A DNA stretch of 64,000 nt from Mobula hypostoma (lineage: Eukaryota): contig NC_086097.1 of the NCBI RefSeq assembly GCF_963921235.1, positions 75,394,001-75,458,000 of the forward strand, written 5' to 3'. A program made the translations under genes and the position numbers. The notes under the pieces were generated by a model that saw only the letters and a list, made by a program, of their open reading frames with translations, was not told where the DNA came from and did no database searches. Positions 24,330 through 37,464 of this stretch are shown here, piece after piece. How positions within the stretch are numbered: the first letter of the stretch is position 1; every line of letters starts with the position of its first letter.

Positions 24330-25330
24330 ACTTGCTTGCCGTGTTTCCAGCTGTGGAGTTGGAGTAGTGATTTGTGACTTCAATGGGAAATGTCAATGAG
24401 AAACCTATTATGTCACACCCACTAACCAAAACTGAACAACTAACGCTCAAAGAATGAGGTGTTTCCACTACCTCTAGAGTTGCATGATTTTACCATTTCT
24501 TGCTGGGAAGGCTATTTGCACTGATTACTGACTACAAGCCATTGTTGGGTATTTTGGTTCTTATTTTTTGATGATGGCATCAAGGATGCAGAGGGAGACA
24601 ATCGTTTTGTCCAGATACTTTAACAGATACCTTGGTGCCACTACCTGCATAAGAAGCAACAAATAACGTAGAAAAATATATTTATGCTGTGTAGTCTATG
24701 GATTATTTTTCCATCACAGGAAGGCAGCATAGAAAGACCTTGTTCTGAGTTAAGTGTATAAATACACATTATGCAGATGGACAGATTCAGTCACAGTCTG
24801 AAGTTACAGTACATAGGCATTTCATCGCAGACATTAAGAATTGCATGCTCACTCATAACTTCAAGGAAGAATATGGAAGAACATGCAGAGCAGCAGGGAT
24901 GATAACAATGGAAGCTATGGTTAGATGATCAGTCTAGCATTAACAAAGGTATTGAAGACAGTCAATTGAAGTCACATATGATATGGTTCTACAGTACTGG
25001 AAAGCATTCAAATAGTCTATTTTAATGGTCTATATTGATTATTATGAAAAAGGGGTAGATAAGAACTTGATATTAATTAATAGCATTCAGAGTAACTAAA
25101 AACTAAAGTATGTGGTGTCAGTGCTAAAGAATCTATGATTAAATCCACATATGGATTTCTTGATGAATTTGTTGCTGTTAATGGTCCACAGGTTAGCTCC
25201 TTTCAGTTTGAGTGGCTTGTTCAATGGGATAAAACACAGTTTCATTACTTCTTACCAGTAGATTCAAATGGGGAATTGGAAAACTTGCACTGTTAAATAA
25301 GCATTGAAGAAACACATTAAGCAAAATACA
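24330..25330 (+). mobile_element. very degraded Gypsy RNase H/integrase relic
   Basis: Translatable pieces such as HFLLGRLFALITDYKPLLG and a GVGVV..EKPI region, plus integrase-like remnants near 25170-25290. Confidence 0.55.
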
Positions 25331-25693
25331 CTATGAAACATACATATGTGTAACCTCGACTTCCTCTTCCTGAAGTCTACAGTCAATTACTTGGTCTTAC
25401 TAACATTGAGTGCAAGGTTATTGTTGCACAGGGAAAGCATGAGAGAACAATCTGCAAGAAAAAGAGGCCCAGGACAGATATCATGTACTGAGGCCATCCA
25501 TTCTGTTGGAGATGAGGAAAAATGGCATTGGAGTGTTACATGGTTCTTGGAATTATCTGATAAAAGTAGAATAGGAATTCCACTAAGTGCATATTGACCA
25601 CTCAATCCCGATGAATGATGTCTGAGAGAATAAAGAAGAAGCCTGCAAGCTGAAAATGTTTCTCTGGAAGTCTGACTACCCTTCAAAAGGACC

Positions 25694-28600
25694 CAAGATG
25701 GCACCTGCAACACTCATTTGGTCAACATCTTCTTGATAGATCATGAAACCATATATTTCACTTATTTATTGTTTTTTACATTTGGTTTCCATCCTGAATG
25801 TGATTCTGGAACTGTTGGAGCCTGTGATTTGCAGTTTGGAGATCGTTTGGGTGTTTCACTGCTCTGTGGTCTCTGAGAGGATTCTGGGAGGCAGAGGCAG
25901 CATGCAGGAACCTTGTGGTGAGAAGACAGCGAGATGGGGTGCAAGGTCGACTCCATTCAACTGATTAAAGCTTCCATTGTTCGCTGATGAAAGCAACGAG
26001 AGAGATTGATACACATGCTGCCTGCTTTTTTATCGCTGGTGAGATCACTCTGCTACAAAGATGGAGAGTGTTGCCCAGGTACTCTGCATTTTGGATCTAG
26101 ATTTTGACTGGGGACTTCTTTTTTAGTCTTATGGTTTTCTTGTATTCTGGGTTTTTCACCCGATCTTTCTCATTTTTGGTGTGGGGGGGAGGGGGATTTG
26201 GGGGTCAATGTGCCTGTTCCATTTTTGTTCATTTTTTTGTGTGGCAAGGAGGAATTTGAGTGATGATCATTGTACTGCTATTCTTTTCTTTCTTGCTTTT
26301 GTAGCTATCTGGAGACAAAGCATTTCAGGGTAATATACTTTGATATTGTCCTGGGTATGACTCTAAACTGCAACCGGTGATGAGGCTCTGATTGGAGACT
26401 TTCAGTGCTTTGGGGAAAGTGGAATTACCCCTTAGTCATTTATTGCTCCCAGGACCGCTCTGACCCGGAACTGTAGCACCTGCAAGGGTTCCTGCTCAGG
26501 TTACGTTGAAGGCCAATGGCAGATCGAGCAGGTTCAGTAACTGAACTTATGACGGAGAAGGCGGATGAGCTAGGACCTCAAATGTCAACGGCTATAGTAC
26601 AGACAGATGAACATTTGGGAAGAGAAATGGCGATTTCTTTAGTTCACCCAATGGTAAGCAATAGCAAACCACCGTTGCTAGATACTAGGTTTCCTAGAAT
26701 CTATTTGCTAAGAAAACCATGGTCAAACTCACAAAATGTATCGCACAACAACAGCGTCAAGAGGATCTTCAAGACAATTCTGAATTCACTCAGTAGGATT
26801 GATTCGGGTCAGCAGGGGATCCCTGACCATCATCAAGCTACAGCTCATAAAATTCAAATAACACAAAAGCAAATTATTGCCACTTGGAATGTAAGAACCC
26901 TATATCAAGCAGGAAGATTGGACAATGTGATAAATGAAATGGAAAGACTAAAGATTAACATCATGGGAATTAGTGAAGTTCATTGGATAGGTGCGGGAAC
27001 ATGTCAGAATAGAAATAAAACACTAATTTATTATTGTGGAACATCCCATACTAATGGAGTAGGAATTCTTATGGATGAAAACATGGCAAAAAGTGTTTTA
27101 GGACGTTGGGCAATATCAGAAAGAGTGCTCCTTGTTAGATTCGGAGGACAACCATTTGATTTAGGCATTATACAGGTATATGCACTAACAACAGATGGAA
27201 CAAATGGGATATAGATAAATTCTATGAAGAGCTTTAACAAGCAAAGAATGGTTGCAAATCTCAAGATATTGTTATTGTCATGGGAGATCTAGATGCTAAA
27301 GTAGGACAAGTAGGAAAATTTGGACTGGGGAAAGAAATGAAAGAGGTGAGAAATGGGTAGAATGATGCAAGATAAATAATCAGGTCATTATGAATACCTA
27401 CTTTAAAAGCCATCCAAGATGCTTGTGGACCTGGAAAAGCCCAGGTGATAACACTAGAAATCAAATTGACTTTATTACTATAAACCAAAGATTTAGAAAC
27501 TCAGTGACTCAATGCAAAACATATCCAGGCAGACTGTAATCGTGACCATAAACCAGTAGTATGTAATGTAAAAGTAAAACTTAAAAAACTAACGAAACAA
27601 AAACCTGAACAATCCCTTGACTACTTACAATTAATTAAAGAAGAAAACTTAAGACAAAAATTTACAATTGAAGTAAGAACTAGATTTCAAAGTCTAGAAA
27701 TAGAATCTGTTGAAGATGATAGCAATCATGTAGAAGTGAAATTTAACTCTCTAAAGGATGCCTTGGTAGAATCAGCGAAGTCAGTGATTCCTAAAAAAGA
27801 AAAAAAGAAAGAATAAATGGATGACAGATGAAGTCAAAAATCTAATGGAAGAAAGGAGACGGAAGAAAGCAAATCCTATAGAATACAAGTCCTCAGATAA
27901 AAAAGTTATCTTATGTCAAAAGCCTATGTCAAAAGCCGAAGAAGAATGGTTAAACCAGGAATGTGAGCAAATAGAAAGAATCTCTAACACTGATCCAAAA
28001 AGGTTACATCAACAAATCTAGAATATCACTGGTAAAAAACTTTTCTGTTCTTCAGGTGGATGTTTGAAAGCAAAGGACGGTACCATTATCATGGAAAAAG
28101 ATGAGATTATGAACAGATGGACTGAGTATATTCAGGAATTGTTTGAAGACGATCGAGGTGAAAAACCAGAAATTAGGAAAAACGTTGAAGGTCCAAGTAT
28201 TTTAAAATCTGAAGTTTGTAATGCAGTAAATAAAATGAAGAAAGGAAAAGCAACAGGTCCTGATGAATTAGTAATAGAACAAATTATCGCCCTTGAAGAT
28301 TATGGAATTGAAAAACTTACTGATTTAATCAATGACATTTATGAGACTGGAATAATACCAGAAGAGGTGAAAAAATCAGTATTTATCACTCTTCCTAAGA
28401 AACCTGGAGCAATAGAATGTGAATTACATAGGACCATAAGTTTAATGAGTCATATCACCAAGATACTTCTAAGAATTTTGATGACAAGAGCTATAAGTAA
28501 GATACAAGCTGAAATAGGTAAAGAACAATGTGGTTTTGTGAAAGGCAAAGGTACAAGAAACGCAATATTGATGTTAAGGATACTAATAGAATGAGCTATT

Positions 28601-29692
28601 CAAGAGCAAAAAGATTTGTTTCTTTGTTTTATTGACTACACAAAAGCATTCGATAAAGTGAAGCACAATAAGTTATTTGAAATAATACAGAAAACTCTAG
28701 ATCTAGATTCAAAAGATCTCCGCCTAATCAGAAATCTGTACTGCCGCTGTAAGAATAGATGGAGAAGTGAGTCAGTTTACGAAAATCAAGAGAGGCATTA
28801 GTCAAGGGTGTGTTTTCTCCCCTGATGTATTTAATGTGTACAGTGAAACAATATTACAAAAAATAAGAGACATCTTGGGAATCAAAGTTGGTGGTGAAAA
28901 CATCAATAATTTCAGATATGCAGATGACACTGTGTTAATTGCAAGTACGGAGAAAGAACTACAAAACTTAATTGATATAATTGTTGAAGAAAGTGCAGAA
29001 ATGGGTCTATCTATCAATCGCAAAAAGACAGAATGTATGGTGATATCTAAAAAGAAGGAGAATCTGAATAAACGGGGAAGACATAAAACAAGTACAGAAC
29101 TTTTGCTACTTAGGAAGCTGGGTGACATCAGAAGAAGACTAGGGATGGCAAAAGATAACTTTACAAGAATGAAGAGTATACTGACCAATACTAAACTAGG
29201 CATGACAACCTGCCTCAGAGTACTGAAATGTTGCGTTTATCCAGTTATGTTATATGACTCAGAATACTGGACAATATCTAGTAACATGAGGAAACAAATT
29301 GTAGCAGCAGAGATGTGGTTTTTGAAGAGGATGTAAAGAATATCATGGATGAAATGAATATCTAACGAGGATGTCATGAACAGAGCAAACTTAAAAAGAG
29401 AAATAATATATGAGATCATGACAAGGCAACATAACTTCATTGGACATGTGATTAGGAAAGAGGAGTTAGAATGCACGGTAATTATGGGAAAGATTGGAGG
29501 GAAGAAAGCAAGAGGAAGACAAAGACAAATGATGATGGAGACAGCAGCCAGAGAACTGGAAATGAATACCAATGAACTGATCCACTTGTCCAGAAACAGG
29601 AGTGTGTGGGCCATGGCAATCAAAGCTCAAACTGGACATGGCACCTGATGATGATGATACTTTGATAATAAATGAACCTTTGAACCTTTGAA
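25694..29692 (+). mobile_element. ~800-bp non-autonomous retroelement (copy 2), tail split by the RTE
   Basis: 25694-26345 aligns with 14118-14895. Its tail resumes at 29657 (atactttgataataaatgaacctttgaacc). Confidence 0.85.
26346..29656 (+). mobile_element. near full-length RTE-clade LINE (APE + RT), inactivated
   Basis: APE IATWNVRTL..GISEVHW. RT KATGPDE, HRTISLMSH, FIDYTKAFDKV, QGCVFSP and RYADD. (TGA)n tail. 11-bp TSD atactttgata at 26335-26345 and 29657-29667. Confidence 0.95.
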
Positions 29693-29752
29693 ATGTTGCA
29701 AAGTTTATAGAAAGTCCAACAATACCTAGTGAGCCAATAACTTCAACACAAG

Positions 29753-30510
29753 TGTCATGTACCCCATGATAGGTTAAAGAACCAGCAGAAATGGAAAACA
29801 CTTTGGAGTCTGGTATTGCTATTGACTAATACTATTTATTAGTAACTATGCAATACAGTAATACAAATTCAGATATATCAAGCAGGTTAGCAAAGATTAT
29901 ATCTATATAAGCTGTGAAAATATATGAAAACCAAGCTTCTTCAAACCTAGGGGTAAATAGATACAGTCTTACAGTGATGTGTAAGGTTCAGTTCAGTTCA
30001 TGGTATTGAGTCGAGCAGTGATAGAGAGAGAGAGAGGTGTTTTGTTCTACAGGTGAGCTGATGTCGTCGATCTTCAAATTGTCTTCCGAAACTTCCAAGT
30101 TAGCCAAACTTGACCAACTTAAGAGTGATAGTCTAACGGGTGATAGTCAAGTGATAGTCTACCAACACAGGCGAGGGTTAGACACACTAGTAGACTCCAC
30201 AAAGTCGCTCTTTCATGCACTAATAATCACAGATCGATACCTCATAATCGATCCACAGTCTCACCTTCGTGGGCACCTGAACAGGATAGTGGTAACTTCA
30301 CCACACCCTTGTGCATCTGCGTGTCCTGTGAAACAAGCAATTATGTTGGTTTAAATACTGTTGCGCCAAACACCAGCTGTCCATCAAGTAGCTCCTCCCT
30401 TCTTTCTCTGTAGGAAGTTAGAAGCTGCCAGTGTCCTTGCAGAAATTCCAAACAAACTGTGAGCAGTCTTCGCCTCTCTCTCTCTTAATAACAGGGTGTC
30501 TGTGTTGCAC

Positions 30511-30562
<52 letters not shown>

Positions 30563-30602
30563 AAAAGCACAGTTCATAGGGATAATTCAGGATCCCGTCA
30601 CA
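29753..30602 (-). mobile_element. solo LTR
   Basis: TGTCA...TCACA termini, 4-bp TSD caag (29749-29752 and 30603-30606), AATAAA on the minus strand near 29837, and an internal (CT)n at ~30513-30558. Confidence 0.8.
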
Positions 30603-31016
30603 CAAGTAATGATGAAACTGCAGCAAGTATCACAGCAAATACCAAACTGGTCATTCAGCTAAATTTGTAAAACTTGCAGATAGGTTAAATTAACTTCACT
30701 TAAGTATGGGGAAGTGGCGTCTGATAAGTAATTTTTGCCGTGAATGAGGATTGTCACTTGTAAGATTGAGTTGTGTGGACTCTGTAGCTTGTAGCAATGT
30801 CATGTAGGAAGGTCTGGGGACAATTTGAGCTCTGTGTACCTCCTATGTAATCTGTACATTCCACATTGGGTTTTGTTAGATGTTATGAACCTACTGAAGA
30901 CACTTATTTTACACTTGCTGCAATTTTTTTTCTGGAGACTTGCCACTTTGATTGAATTTTAACACAAGAACACATTCACATTTTTTGTAGTGTATGCTGT
31001 ATTTAACTTATTAACT

Positions 31017-32190
31017 CTTCAGGATTGGTATTCATTGGCAAGGCTATCATTTATTGCGCATCTTTGGTTGTTCTCAAGAGGTGGTGGTATACTACCTTCT
31101 TGAACTATTGCCATCCTTCTGGTGAAGATTAACCCACAAAGCTGAAGCAGGGATTTGCTGAATTTCGACCCAGAATCAATGAAGAGCTTGCAGTTGATTA
31201 AGTCAGGAGAATATGTGGCTTGGAGAAGAACCTGCAGGTATTGGTGTTCCCAGGTCTTGAAGCACTTGATGGCCAAGGCCATGAGTTTCATAGACAATGT
31301 CATAAAAGCTGGGATGAGAACCTACGCTGCATGTTGTAGATGCAGATGCACACAGTATCAGTGGTGGGGGCGAATTGGAGGGTGGTAGATGGACAACTAA
31401 TCAAGTGGAATGCTTATTCTGGAAAGTGTAGAGTCTCTTGAGAACTGTTGGAGATACACTTATTGAGACCAATCGAAAATATTTCATCATGCTCCTAACT
31501 TACACCCTATAGATATTGGAAGATGTAAAGGTATCAGGAGGTGAGTTATTCACCTCAGATACCCATACTCTGATCTGCTCTTTTATTTATGTGGATGTTC
31601 CAGTTGAGCTTCTTGATGATGGTGGTGATGTTCTGGGAATCGAATGCAGTAAATGTCATAGCATATCAAGGATAAGTGGTTTGCCTTTCTCCCATTGTAT
31701 ATGGTTGTTGCCTGACACTCTTGTGGTGTAAATGTTACTTACAACCCATCAGCCCAATTCTGAAATGTTGTCTAGTTATTTCTGCAAGCAACCATACAGT
31801 AAATTGCCACATTGTGTGAAGAGATGCATTGTGCAGTCAACAACAAACATCCACATTTTTTGGAAGGAAGTCATTGATAAAGCAGCTGGAGAAAGTAGGG
31901 TCTGGGATACTGCCCTACAACATTCTGCAATGATGTCCCAAGTGACTGGCCCACCACCAACTACAACTATGTGCATTGGGGTACACCATTGGTGTTCCTT
32001 AATTCCCATTAATTTCAATTTTATTCAAGTTCCCTGGCCAAATGCTGTCTTGAAGTCAAGTACAATCACTCTTGCTGCCCCCCTCCAACTGGAACCATTC
32101 TTGGACAAGCCTGTGATGAGGGCAAGAGTAAAGAGTTCCTAACAAAATGTAAACCCCTGAATTTTGATGAGCAGGTAACTAATGAGTAAA
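31017..32190 (-). mobile_element. old CR1/L2-clade LINE fragment
   Basis: Reverse-complement similarity to 34000-35320, e.g. gtggtggtatactaccttcttgaac versus gtcaagaaggcagcttaccacc. Confidence 0.6.
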
Positions 32191-33989
32191 TGATAATAGA
32201 TATAAACAGCCAGTTGATTAACTTTCTTTATCTAATATGACTTTTCCCATTAAGTGAAAGATGACGAAGGAATTTTTAGACAATTATGAATCTGTAAAGG
32301 GCGCTCCTGTAAATCCTATCTAGTTTCTTAGCAATTTCACTTTTATAGTACACAGATTGAACTTGCACTTGTGATTTCCTCTCACATGGACTCTCAACTG
32401 CAACCATTTCAATGCTGTTTTGAAGCTCTTCTTCTCGTCCTTTTCTCTCAATTTGTGGTTTGTAGCTTCTGTTGCCTTGGTGAATTGCAGTCAATTGGCA
32501 GTGGGCCTGCCCTTCTTTGTTTGTTTCTTTTCCGTAGAGATGGAGTGGTGTATTTTTTTTTGGTGTTTATATTTTATGGCCTATGATTGTGTTGCCAAAC
32601 GTGCCTGTTATAAAAATGTCAAAATTCAGTGACAGTCTTAAATAAAACAAACAAACTGAGGATCTGAAGCCTCCAGGCAACCATATCACATTATTTTTGG
32701 TAGGTCTGATTCAGTCTGGATGAAGACTCACTCCTTCCTGTTATCAATAAATTATTTAATCATGCATCAAGGTTTGCTTTAAAAACAAATGTATGTAGAT
32801 TTACCCAATGTGAACCAGGCTGGAAAACAGTTTGATTAACTCTGTCAATCTAGTTCTAGATCAAACTTGGAACCAGTGCCTGAGGTGCTGAAGTGCAGAA
32901 GGGTGGCACAATAGTCTGTCAGATACTCTGCCACTCCTGTCACTGGCACTTACCTATATTTAGAATTGAATCTGTCGAGCTCCAGACAGCATACACATAG
33001 ATTTCTGTCTGCGCTTTTAAAAAAATTTCTGAACTTGATTAAGAAAGTAGCAGTTTTGCTCGCATTCAGTGCAAAACAAGCAACAATCAGACAAAGAGGA
33101 GTTTTGGTTAAGTTTTTGAAAAATTGCTAGTAGTTATTACAAAATTTTCTTCAGACACTACTCTATTAAACAAACAACACTTTTCAGTTTCAGAAATGGA
33201 ACTGTCTGCCTACTTAAAAAGCAAAGCAAAATTAGATTATGTGGAATTGTAAATAATTTCATGGTATGATCCTTTCTTTGGTGAATTACCTACAATCCTG
33301 TATTATTACAGGATGCTGTAAATACTGTCGCTGCTCCCAACGGGTTAATATCTGCCTGTTCATTTTTAGTTTCGTTTGCAGCAGGAGGTGCAGAGAGCCA
33401 TTAGGGATTGTTTGGATTAAATGTATTTCAGAAAGAGCTTCATGTCATTCTGAATTGTTTCTGTCACATGATGCAGGCAGCTGACATGTCTGCAGTGTTT
33501 GCATTGTGTTTGGATTTACAGTAACTGATTTAATTATAACCTAAAGTATACGGATTGGAACCATTTAATGGAGGAATGTTTGTCCTGATCAAATTTCACT
33601 AAATCAGGAGTCTTGCAGCAGCAGGGCCAGATTCATAGAGAACTGGGAACAACTTAATGAACATGAGAAAAATCAGAGGTTGGTGCTTTGTTACATTTAT
33701 TACAATAGTCTTGGTGCAGCCCCATCCTGTATAGTTTGTACAGTACACTGTGGGCATTATTAGAGGCCTTGGAAAAGGTTCAGAGCAGGACTACCAGATT
33801 AATATCTACTTTTAAAGTCCTTAGCTGAAACAATAGTCTTGGGAGTGGACCCTATTTACGTGCATTCAATTTGTAGATTTATTGAACTAGATTAGATGTG
33901 AGGAGGGTTTTCCTTTCCCATTGAACTTCAGATAAGCTTGTTGCTCAGGGAGTGATTGCACTGCGAATGTCCAAGAGCTGAGCAAATTC

Positions 33990-35325
33990 CTGGGGGGAGC
34001 CATTGTCAAAAGTATGTTGCTGAACACCAGAAACTGTAGACAGAGTTAAGAAATTCCCAAAACCAACAGGTAAGATCAAATCATGAAAACCTTTCTGCAT
34101 TCAATCACAATTAACAGTTAAGGGGCAGAGGAAGCTTCATGAGAACTTTCTCATTCTCCATTTGAGTGCAGAGCAATTTGTAGGCATATCCAACCAAGGT
34201 TGCTGAGTCAATGGTTCTGTTCAGACTCCTAAAAACATATAAGCCTGTCTTCAGTTAATTTAATTTGCACGATGCACTATCAAAAATTGGCTGAATGCAT
34301 TCTGAGCAAATGGCATCAAACAGTATCCTGGTTGTGGTCGCAAAAGGCTTGTAATCCAATATTGTAACTAAGCTATTCTGGTTACACTTAACCCTTGCTA
34401 AATTATTCTGGTTACCACTTTCTCCTTGCTAAATTATTCTGGTTACCCCTTTGTCCTTACTAAATTATTCTGGTTACCCCTTACCCTTTGCTAAGTTATT
34501 CTGGTTCTGCTATGGTATGGGCATCTATCCAACAGGATGGAAATTGGCCTGGTCTTTCCACAGCAACCGGGCTAAATCCACCCTGGCTCGTTATCACCTA
34601 CTAAATATGCTTCATGTGATCTACAGACTGAAAGTGACAATGACAAAATAATCAAATGCCATCTCCAATAAGAGTTCACCCACCTTTCCTTGATATTCGA
34701 TAACATTGCCATTGTCCTTTTTCCCAAAATCAACATCGTGGAGGTTACCACAGGACAAGAAATTTAACCGTGTGGGCCTCATGAACCCAGTTAGTAGCTG
34801 GGTATTCTTAGATGAGTGGATCCACTTTGTGCTTTCTAAAATCTTTTCAAAAAAGCACATCAGAAGTGCGGTGGGATGTTCCCCTTCTGTCTAGATGGGC
34901 GTCTCTCCAAAAACCCTCAGGAAGTTCAACATCATCTGGAACAATGCACCTTGCTAAATCACACCTCATCTGCCATTACAAAGGTGCATTCTCCATGACA
35001 ACACACAGCCAATGTAGTGTGCACCCATTTACAACTTGAACTGACACAAAACAGAAAGGTGTTCTCAACTGTATCTTCCAGATCTGTGACCTGAAGGATC
35101 CAGAATTTGGACATCAACATGGAGAACTTCGCCACCTCCAAGTTACACACAATCCTGCCCTGAAAATACATCATTATTGCTGAGACACTCTATGGAAGGG
35201 CATTGACTACCTTAACCAGGTGGACAGCAATGGGTCAAGAAGGCAGCTTACCACCATCATATCATGGATAATGTTGAAATGGACAGTAAATATGTTTACC
35301 AGTAACACAAATGTCTGCAGGTGAA
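33990..35325 (+). mobile_element. old CR1/L2-clade LINE fragment
   Basis: GIYPTGWKLA RT-like motif near 34520 and a 3' tail at 35220-35325. Confidence 0.6.
34367..34510. repeat. minisatellite, ~31-bp unit, 4-5 copies
   Basis: ctaa(a/g)ttattctggttac...ccttg repeated in tandem. Confidence 0.9.
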
Positions 35326-35424
35326 TAATAAAATGGGTTAGCTGATGTAACTTCAATTTATTGGTCTCACCTGGAACATTTTACTCACCTTAAGTGGGAA
35401 GGTGGTGGTTTTGATCTACAGAAG

Positions 35425-35523
35425 TAACACACACAAAATGCTGGAGAAACTCTGCAGACCATGCAGCATCTATGGAAAAGAGTACAGTGAACATTTTGGG
35501 CCTAGACCCTTCAGCAGGACTGA
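35425..35523 (-). mobile_element. Penelope-derived pLTR fragment
   Basis: acacacaaaatgctggagaaactc...cagtgaacattttgggcctagacccttcagcaggactg. Confidence 0.8.
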
Positions 35524-36324
35524 ACATTACTTGCTTGATGGAAAATATTAGGAGTCATCTTGATTATTTATAGAACTATACAGGATGGACCCAGTCTGGA
35601 GTATTATGTTTAGCCCTGGGCATTGTACCCTGCGTGAGGCTTATCAGTTTCAGCAAAAGTACAGCATGGATTCACCAAAGTGATAAATAGGACACAAAGA
35701 GAAGGATCACATGAGCAGGTTTGACTTTTGTGAGTTCATACATTTGAAGGGTGATTTGAATAATGACACCTTAAAAGGGATCTAAAGGTCCCAAAGAAGT
35801 TTTAGAGATGATTTTCTGTAATGGTTCCAGTTGTGAGGGAAGCTCGGCGGCATGTAAGACTGGAAAAGCTGTGATTGTTCTCCCTGGGACAAAGAAGGTC
35901 AAGAGGAGATTTCATAGAGAAGAAAAGATCTGAATGTATAAAGATGTCTTTGAACATTAATGTTTATCAAAGAGATACTCTTTTGTCTTTTTAAAATTAA
36001 GTGAGAACATTCAGTGAAACCTCCCTCCAGGAGGAATGGATCAAATCTTTAACAAAAGCAACATTTGACCTAGAATCAAGTGTGGAGAATTGTTTCTGTA
36101 CTGTTCCATACCCTACTGCACACAAGTGGTAGCTATAACACATGTTTTGACTAAAACCTTAATTATAACGTAATTTACATCAGTGATTTGATTCCTTGGT
36201 TGCAGCTCCACCAGCGGTGAGATGTATTGCATATTCCACCTGTTTGAAACATCTGCTTCACAGAGCAGTGTTTGTGATCAAGTTTGTGCCAATCTGTGCT
36301 GTACAGTTCAGGTGCCTTTTGTGT

Positions 36325-36610
36325 TAGCCATGCCTTTGTTTCTAAGTCAGAAGGTTCTAACTCTAAGTCCCAGGGGCATGAGCATCTAATTCTGCCAGAT
36401 GTTCCAGTTTAGTATGAATGGGGAATTGTGCTGTTTTTCAGATTTGATGTTGAACAGAAGCCTCATCTACTTTCTTAGCTGTGCATAAAATACTCTGCAG
36501 GATGCCTTGAGATTTTGTTAAAATGTCGGTCTTCTTTTAAGCCACATTCTGTATAGCAGTTTGCCTGCTATCCTAATGTAACCACCATAACTGTGTCATG
36601 AAGACTTTTA
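36325..36610 (+). mobile_element. ancient Deu-type SINE relic
   Basis: Motifs aagtcagaaggtt..aagtccc..tgagca..ccagtttagtatga..ttcagatttgatgttgaacagaagcctc. Confidence 0.4.
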
Positions 36611-37464
36611 GATTTATTTTAAGGCCTTCTTAAGGTTTTCACATAGTGAATTTGCTTCACCAAACTTAGAGCTGAAATTTTCACATGCACTGATCACTTT
36701 GTAGTCCCTGATATTTTTATTATTGTATTTGGTGTTACACCGAGATAACACCAGGGTTTCAATGGAGTTAGCTATCATGTGATTTCAATTGCTTCGTAAA
36801 ATCCAGGTGCTGTTATACCAGGCCTACTAAAGCACAGTCATGCCTCTTCACCAAGGTGCATCATCTTTCTAGGAGCCTGGGTAGTCTTGACCTGCACAGC
36901 AGGAATCTGACCAGAACAGTCACAGCATATTGCCCAAGTAATCAGACTTATATTATGGAAGTGCTCTCTTTGTGGAAACATTCAAATCTAACTGTGTGAG
37001 AACTAGCAGAAAAATAGACCTAATGGTATCAGTTAAATTTTGTGAACTTTGAGAAATGATTTCCTGAACCTTTCACAATATTTCATTCCTTTCAAGCAGT
37101 TCGCTATCCTGCCACACCGCAAACTCAGCCCCCACCTCCTCCACTACTGTAAGGGCCTGATAGTGATGTGATTATTCATGCTAGAAGTGTTCAGTAGGCC
37201 AGGTAGCATCTCTGAAGTAAAATGAGCATTCCAGAATAATGACCTATTTACAGGCTTAAATATAAAATGTTTCTCTCTGCAGGTGCCAGCTGAAACATTG
37301 AACATTTTTCACATTACTTTCACACATTTCTAACATTTTCATTTGTCACAGATTATTCTGTGCAGGTGCTACTTGGAGTTTTTTTGTTAATGAGTGTGGG
37401 CTGTTCGTGATCTTCGAACGTGTAAAGTTGCCTTCTTCTTGTGTTCCCCTTCCTCCGCGAGAAG

